The notes beneath the pieces were generated by a model. It did not search any database, had not been told where the DNA came from, and was given only the letters and a program-made list of their open reading frames with translations. The position numbers and the translations under genes are program-made. Positions 28,164 to 33,333 of a DNA stretch of 33,333 bases are shown one piece after another. This DNA comes from an uncultured Roseivirgaceae bacterium (GTDB lineage Bacteria > Bacteroidota > Bacteroidia > Cytophagales > Cyclobacteriaceae): positions 1-33,333 of the forward strand of contig CAYRIF010000003.1 of the NCBI GenBank assembly GCA_964424205.1, given 5' to 3'. Numbering within the stretch: position 1 is the stretch's first letter; every line of letters begins with the position of its first letter.

Positions 28164-29873
28164 ATGAAGAATAATTTATTACTACTAGGTATATTCTTTT
28201 TTTGGACACCATTCGTATTTGGTCAAGAAGCTGAAAATATGGAATTTTTCTGCGGAACCAGTATTGCTCCGGAAAGTGGCCATGTGAGAGGAACGGAGCA
28301 GCCGTATTTCAAAAATAAGAACATAAAAAAAAGGATGGCAGCCCATTTGGGTAAATCAAATGGCACTGTACTATATGTTCCTTTCAAATTTAAAGGAGAA
28401 GAAGATCCCGAAGAAACGGATATGAATCAAGTAAAGGAATTCTTTTTAAGAAGTTCATATACTGAATACACATTAAATACCACCATCACCCCTGTTATTG
28501 AATTGCCCTTTACTAGACAAAAGTATATTGAAGATAATCTAAATTGGCAGTCAGATTTATACAATGCAGTTTTAGCACTAGCATTTAACCCCAACGACTA
28601 TGACTATTATATAAAGCGATCACAAAACGGACAACCTTTTGGTCGTTCGGTAAGTTATGGGCACAGTATTAATTTAAATACCGATGACGTGGGTACCGCC
28701 TGTCATGAAATTGGGCACAGTCTTTATCCTGGCATCGGATTTTCAGATGCAATCTTACATCATGCTAGCTTATGGCAAGCAACCAATCCAACACAAGTAA
28801 TTGGAAACGGAAGCAAGGTTGAATATGGAGATTTGTTTAGTATCATGGGGTCATCTAATACGCCCGAAAAAGACATTGCTTTAGTACATAAGATAAACTT
28901 GGGGTGGATAAAAAAAGAAGAATACCACTATGTAACTGCTAATGATACCTATAGAATTTATGCGCAAGATAGGGGAAGCAAAGTAGCAGGAAGGAAATAT
29001 GGAATAAAAGTAGGGAAAAAGGCTCAAATTTTAGGGGATAGCTATGGTTATTATTATGTTGAGTTTGTCAACAACTTTGATGAATCGGTTGTTCACAATG
29101 GGGTGCTGTTGCGAACATTTAGAGGAGGTGGCGATAATCATACCTTTTTGCTTATTACCGAACCTATGTCATTTGCAGGCGCTCTCAATGCGCCACTTCT
29201 GGTTGGGAAAACTTTCAGAGATAATCAAGCAGGAATTACGATAAAAACTGTAGCCAAAGGAGGCTCAGGGGATGATGCGTGGATGGATGTCAAGGTTACT
29301 TTTGACGACCCAAATTCTACAGAACAGTATCCAGTTCTTTCGGTTGTTACTCCAACGGGCAATCAAAATTTCCCTATGGGAGAGAATATCCCCGTACAAG
29401 TAAACGTTAACCAACCAGGAGAATCTGGTATATTCATCACCGATGTCACGCTGAAAGTAATTGAGCCGTATTCAATTCAGACTGCTTATTTAGCACCGTA
29501 TAACTTTGTAGTAAAGGATTTGGAAGAAGGCACTTATACGTTAGAGATAACAGTCAATAATAGTGTAGGGTTAGCAGTTTCAAAAGCGATTACCATTCAT
29601 ATTAAAGCTGTTACAAGTGTTAAGAATTTTGAACAAACTGAAACAAAAATCTACCCAAACCCAACGTTTGGTAGTTTAAACATTAATTGTGCGGGTCAAA
29701 AAAAAATGATAACCTATAGATTATTGACCGTGACAGGCAAAGAAATTATGTCAGGAACCGTGGGTGCTGAAAAAATTGCATTGTCACTAGCGGGGGTAAA
29801 TGCTGGTATTTATTTTTTGCAAGCCTACTTTGGCAATGGACAACGAAGTGTCTATAAAGTAATCAAGCAATGA
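28164..29873 (+). CDS. Secreted HEXXH zinc metalloprotease with a T9SS type A (Por_Secre_tail) C-terminal sorting domain
   Basis: Start abuts the upstream stop (TAAATG). Signal peptide. CHEIGHSLYPG motif. C-terminus KIYPNPTFGSLNINCAG...YRLLTVTGKEIMSG...GIYFLQAYFGNGQRSVYKVIKQ, typical of TIGR04183. Confidence 0.85.
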   Translation: MKNNLLLLGIFFFWTPFVFGQEAENMEFFCGTSIAPESGHVRGTEQPYFKNKNIKKRMAAHLGKSNGTVLYVPFKFKGEEDPEETDMNQVKEFFLRSSYTEYTLNTTITPVIELPFTRQKYIEDNLNWQSDLYNAVLALAFNPNDYDYYIKRSQNGQPFGRSVSYGHSINLNTDDVGTACHEIGHSLYPGIGFSDAILHHASLWQATNPTQVIGNGSKVEYGDLFSIMGSSNTPEKDIALVHKINLGWIKKEEYHYVTANDTYRIYAQDRGSKVAGRKYGIKVGKKAQILGDSYGYYYVEFVNNFDESVVHNGVLLRTFRGGGDNHTFLLITEPMSFAGALNAPLLVGKTFRDNQAGITIKTVAKGGSGDDAWMDVKVTFDDPNSTEQYPVLSVVTPTGNQNFPMGENIPVQVNVNQPGESGIFITDVTLKVIEPYSIQTAYLAPYNFVVKDLEEGTYTLEITVNNSVGLAVSKAITIHIKAVTSVKNFEQTETKIYPNPTFGSLNINCAGQKKMITYRLLTVTGKEIMSGTVGAEKIALSLAGVNAGIYFLQAYFGNGQRSVYKVIKQ

Positions 29874-30001
29874 AACAAGATAAAAACGAAAGAAGTGTTG
29901 CCGGTATGAGAATAATTTAAAAAGGATTTGGTTATGCATAGTCAATTATTGGGGTATGTTATAATCGGTTTTTAATTTTTTTGTTACGTTTAAGAGTAAT
30001 C

Positions 30002-33000
30002 ATGAAAAAGTGTATAGCTGCTTTGGTATTTTTCTTCGCTGCACAACATGTGTGTGGACAAAATACATACTATGTATCTGCAGATGGAAACGACTTAAGT
30101 ACAGGTAGTAAGTCTCTGCCATGGGCTTCTATAAAGGAAAGTATTCCTAAACTTTCGGCAGGGGATACACTTTTGGTCAGAGCAGGCATCTATTATGAAA
30201 ATAATATTCTTGTAAACTTACGTGGAACAAATACCGCAAGAGTAACTATCAAAAATTTTCCAAGTGAGACGCCTATTATCAATGGATCTATTGCAGAATT
30301 TAGGGCATCTCCAAATTCTGATTGGGAAGTTTATGATTCATCAAAAAATATTTATAGATCCACGAAAACATATCCAGCAGTGAATAGTGATGTATATGGC
30401 TATATGGCTGAGGATAACGAAAACTGGAAATTATTAAGTTATGAACGCTTTGACCCCTTTGTTTCTGACAATCAAAATTTTGCTAGTGACGGTAATACAT
30501 ATTGTGGACCGGGTGTTTATTATCATACCGGTGATAAAAAAATATATGTCCGTCTAGAGCATAGTAACTACCAACATGACCTTGGTCGGTTTTCTCGAGA
30601 ATATAATTTCCCTGTCCATGTAGATTCTAGACAAACAAAACTCTATCTTTTTTCTGATAACGAAAGGTTACTTACTTTTGGCAGCAACGCAGCCTATATT
30701 ACTTTTGACGGGATTGACTTAAAGTATTCAAATACAGTGGCTTACTTTTCAAGTGGTGCGCATCATATCACGCTAAAAAATTGTGAGGTAATGGGAGGTA
30801 GGTATGATATTCAGATTAGAAATCTTAGTCACGATATTGAAATTGATCACATCACCTTCACAGGAAATCTTCCACCGTGGATGGCAAGAAGCGATGCCAA
30901 AAAACCTTCGGCAAATTTACGACCAATGCATTTAATGCAAGGTGCAGCCATAGCTATTACAGAGAATCCTTATAATATTGATATTTCGCATTCAAAATTT
31001 ATAAAATATTTTGATGCTATTGATGCGACTAAAGGACCAAATAACATACATATTCATCATAATATATTTGACGGAATCAAGGATGATGTACTTCAATTAG
31101 GTTCTGCTTCATACAATATTGAAATTAATGATAATATTATGAAAAATGTTACTGCTGGTATTTCATGGAATGGATCAGGGAAGCCGCCTTCCGGTAAGAT
31201 AGGTACTAAGTATTTTCACCATAATGTTATTGATGCCAGTACACTTACTTTGTATGGAAGGGTGGATCCCAATAACCAATTAGACGACAAAAATGATGGT
31301 CCGTTTAGAACAGGAATGGCAACGGGTAGGGCTTTTGGTATGCATACTAAAGGATCAATTACCGGTGCAGATCCGTGGAAAGTATATCATAACACACTGA
31401 TAATCGGGCAGGATGCAGACCGTGGCGGTACGGGAGTTTCCTATGATATTCCGCTATATGATGTGAGTCACCCTCATCAAGTATATAACAATATTATACT
31501 TCAAAAATGGGATGTTAATGTTCCTGCAGATTTTTATGCTTTTATGATTCGTGATGCACGTATTAAAGATGGATCTCAGATATTTGATGGTAATTTATAC
31601 TATAGAACCTATAACTCTACGAATGCTTCTCATTCTATGTTTGAAGATATTGCTACCACATATAATAGTGGAATCAAAGATTTCGAGCATCTTAGTGATT
31701 TGAAAAACAATACCGAATACATTAATTATTCAAAGCAATATTATACACCAGGGTGGGAAAACTCAGGGGTGGAAGGCGATCCCGAATTAGATGGTAATTA
31801 TCGTCCATCTTCCCAAAGTTTAGCAGCCTCAGGAGCAATAGATTTATCTACTAAAGGATGGCCAGGAGCGATTGGAGAAACTTTTCGAGGGGCTTTAGAC
31901 CCTAAAACTTCCGCACCAACCTTAACTGCTGACGCAGGTCAAGACAAAACTATCACTTGTACAACAGCACAAGTCACTTTAGGCGGCAGCAACACATCAA
32001 ACGGCGCCACCTATGCATGGACGACGAGCAATGGCAACATCGTATCAGGCGGAACAACAAAGAATGCGACCGTTGACAAAGCAGGAACTTACACATTGAC
32101 GGTGAGCAAATCAGGCAGCACAGCGGTAACAGACGATGTAGTAATCACCGAAGACAAAGTGCCACCGACCGCCAATGCAGGAACAGACAAAACGATCAAC
32201 AGTGGCGAGAGCACACCATTAAATGCGACGGGCGGCGGAACGTATGCATGGTCACCCAGCACGGGCTTGAACAATGCAAACATAGCCAACCCAATGGCAA
32301 CACCAACCAGTGACATCACCTATACAGTAACGGTAACAGGCAGCAATGGCTGTACAGCTACAGACCAAGTAGCAATTACCGTAACCACCCCTTCCCCCAC
32401 CTTAATCGCTGACGCAGGCACCGATAAAACACTCACCTGCACAACGACCCAAGTAACTTTAGGCGGCAGCAACACATCAAACGGCGCCACCTATGCATGG
32501 ACGACGAGCAATGGCAACATCGTATCAGGCGGAACAACAAAGAATGCGACCGTTGACAAAGCAGGAACTTACACATTGACGGTGAGCAAATCAGGCAGCA
32601 CAGCGGTAACAGACGATGTAGTAATCACCGAAGACAAAGTGCCACCGACCGCCAATGCAGGAACAGACAAAACGATCAACAGTGGCGAGAGCACACCATT
32701 AAATGCGACGGGCGGCGGAACGTATGCATGGTCACCCAGCACGGGCTTGAACAATGCAAACATAGCCAACCCAATGGCAACACCTACCACGACGACGACC
32801 TACACAGTGACCGTAACAGGCGGTAATGGCTGCACAGCTACAGACCAAGTAAAGGTTACAGTAAACAGCACAGAAGATCCTTGTACACCACCACCTATAG
32901 CCAATGCAGGAGCAGATGTAACGATAGAAAAAGGAAGCAGCACACAACTTAATGCTACAGCAGGAAGCGTATATTCATGGTCACCAACGACAGGATTAAG

Positions 33001-33333
33001 TGATGCAGACATTGCCAATCCGGAAGCCAACCCAACAACGACGATGACTTATACGGTAACAGTAACAGACAGTAATGGCTGTACCGCCGCAGATGAGGTA
33101 ACGATTACAATAGTAGAAAAAGAATTTAAAATCAGCAACAACAGTTTCAGTCCGAATGGCGACAATATAAATGATGTTTGGCACCTAGAAGTGTTAAAAA
33201 AATATCCCACTAGTGAAATAACGATTTACAATAGGTGGGGCAACAAAGTATTTACCTCAAGCAAGGGATACCCTACCCCATGGAATGGGACATACAAAGG
33301 AAAAGTACTACCCACTGGCACCTATTTTTATAT
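30002..33333 (+). CDS. 3'-partial CDS (absent from the ORF track) for a secreted right-handed beta-helix (pectate-lyase-fold) protein with 160-aa tandem Ig-like repeat units and the beginning of a T9SS type B C-terminal domain
   Basis: ATG at 30002 followed by a signal peptide (MKKCIAALVFFFAAQHVCGQ). Open frame to the window end, more than 1110 codons. Beta-helix-type repeats (NIHIHHNIFDG, HHNVIDAS). The repeat family matches that of gene 24687. The final segment FSPNGDNINDVWHLEV...ITIYNRWGNKVF...LPTGTYFY is the type B C-terminal domain. Confidence 0.8.
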   Translation, partial: MKKCIAALVFFFAAQHVCGQNTYYVSADGNDLSTGSKSLPWASIKESIPKLSAGDTLLVRAGIYYENNILVNLRGTNTARVTIKNFPSETPIINGSIAEFRASPNSDWEVYDSSKNIYRSTKTYPAVNSDVYGYMAEDNENWKLLSYERFDPFVSDNQNFASDGNTYCGPGVYYHTGDKKIYVRLEHSNYQHDLGRFSREYNFPVHVDSRQTKLYLFSDNERLLTFGSNAAYITFDGIDLKYSNTVAYFSSGAHHITLKNCEVMGGRYDIQIRNLSHDIEIDHITFTGNLPPWMARSDAKKPSANLRPMHLMQGAAIAITENPYNIDISHSKFIKYFDAIDATKGPNNIHIHHNIFDGIKDDVLQLGSASYNIEINDNIMKNVTAGISWNGSGKPPSGKIGTKYFHHNVIDASTLTLYGRVDPNNQLDDKNDGPFRTGMATGRAFGMHTKGSITGADPWKVYHNTLIIGQDADRGGTGVSYDIPLYDVSHPHQVYNNIILQKWDVNVPADFYAFMIRDARIKDGSQIFDGNLYYRTYNSTNASHSMFEDIATTYNSGIKDFEHLSDLKNNTEYINYSKQYYTPGWENSGVEGDPELDGNYRPSSQSLAASGAIDLSTKGWPGAIGETFRGALDPKTSAPTLTADAGQDKTITCTTAQVTLGGSNTSNGATYAWTTSNGNIVSGGTTKNATVDKAGTYTLTVSKSGSTAVTDDVVITEDKVPPTANAGTDKTINSGESTPLNATGGGTYAWSPSTGLNNANIANPMATPTSDITYTVTVTGSNGCTATDQVAITVTTPSPTLIADAGTDKTLTCTTTQVTLGGSNTSNGATYAWTTSNGNIVSGGTTKNATVDKAGTYTLTVSKSGSTAVTDDVVITEDKVPPTANAGTDKTINSGESTPLNATGGGTYAWSPSTGLNNANIANPMATPTTTTTYTVTVTGGNGCTATDQVKVTVNSTEDPCTPPPIANAGADVTIEKGSSTQLNATAGSVYSWSPTTGLSDADIANPEANPTTTMTYTVTVTDSNGCTAADEVTITIVEKEFKISNNSFSPNGDNINDVWHLEVLKKYPTSEITIYNRWGNKVFTSSKGYPTPWNGTYKGKVLPTGTYFY
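31914..32873 (+). repeat. Tandem duplication of a 480-bp (160-codon) unit inside the beta-helix gene. The core 31976-32304 is 100% identical to 32456-32784 (329 bp). Flanks are ~80% identical, and a third diverged unit follows.
   Basis: Direct sequence comparison at an offset of exactly 480 bp. The identical minus-strand shadow ORFs 32089-32319 and 32569-32790 in the track confirm it. Local GC is about 50%, against about 35% elsewhere in the window. Confidence 0.9.

Noticed and set aside
29699-29707. An A9 homopolymer inside the type A metalloprotease CDS, and a T8 run at 7541-7548 in the adhesin/rlmD divergent promoter, as possible phase-variation tracts
   Set aside because: A/T runs of 8-9 are expected by chance in a ~35% GC genome. 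There is no evidence of length heterogeneity from a single assembly.
32089-33184. Several minus-strand ORFs (32089-32319, 32569-32790, 32732-32947, 32800-33030, 32996-33184), two of which have identical translations
   Set aside because: These are shadow frames of the Thr/Ala/Gly-rich plus-strand repeat CDS. They are identical only because the underlying DNA is tandemly duplicated, and the plus-strand frame carries coherent domain repeats and the T9SS C-terminal domain.

Overview
The window is AT-rich (about 35% GC) chromosomal DNA from a member of the Bacteroidota. The phylum call rests on four genes carrying type IX secretion (T9SS) C-terminal sorting domains: three type B (the 'gliding motility-associated C-terminal domain') and one type A (Por_Secre_tail). 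Candidate -7 boxes resembling the Bacteroidetes TAnnTTTG element and the overall gene order fit this call. Housekeeping genes include tRNA-Lys(TTT), rlmD, pheT, zapA and rny, plus a NfeD-flotillin pair, an M28/PDZ peptidase, an SDR oxidoreductase and a DUF5686-type outer-membrane protein. An accessory-looking block spans roughly 19-33 kb. It contains an AAA_14/DUF4143 ATPase, a TehB-like methyltransferase translationally coupled to a PLP-dependent aromatic-amino-acid decarboxylase, a two-gene unit whose second gene (DUF1801-like) carries an in-frame amber codon, and a co-directional T9SS-cargo locus. That locus encodes a reprolysin-like metalloprotease with about nine Ig-like repeats, a type A HEXXH metalloprotease, and a beta-helix (pectate-lyase-fold) protein that runs off the window end. 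The ORF track omits this last gene because it has no stop codon inside the window. It contains a 480-bp tandem duplication with a 329-bp perfectly identical core, and the duplicated segment is much more GC-rich than the rest of the window. Smaller observations are listed below. A partial duplication of the tRNA-Lys 3' end sits at the window edge. A hairpin-rich ~210-bp tandem repeat lies between two convergent genes and duplicates the last codons of the upstream CDS. There is a 64-codon remnant of a second DUF4143 ATPase gene. Paired palindromes sit upstream of three genes. I found no transposase, integrase, CRISPR array or canonical defence genes.
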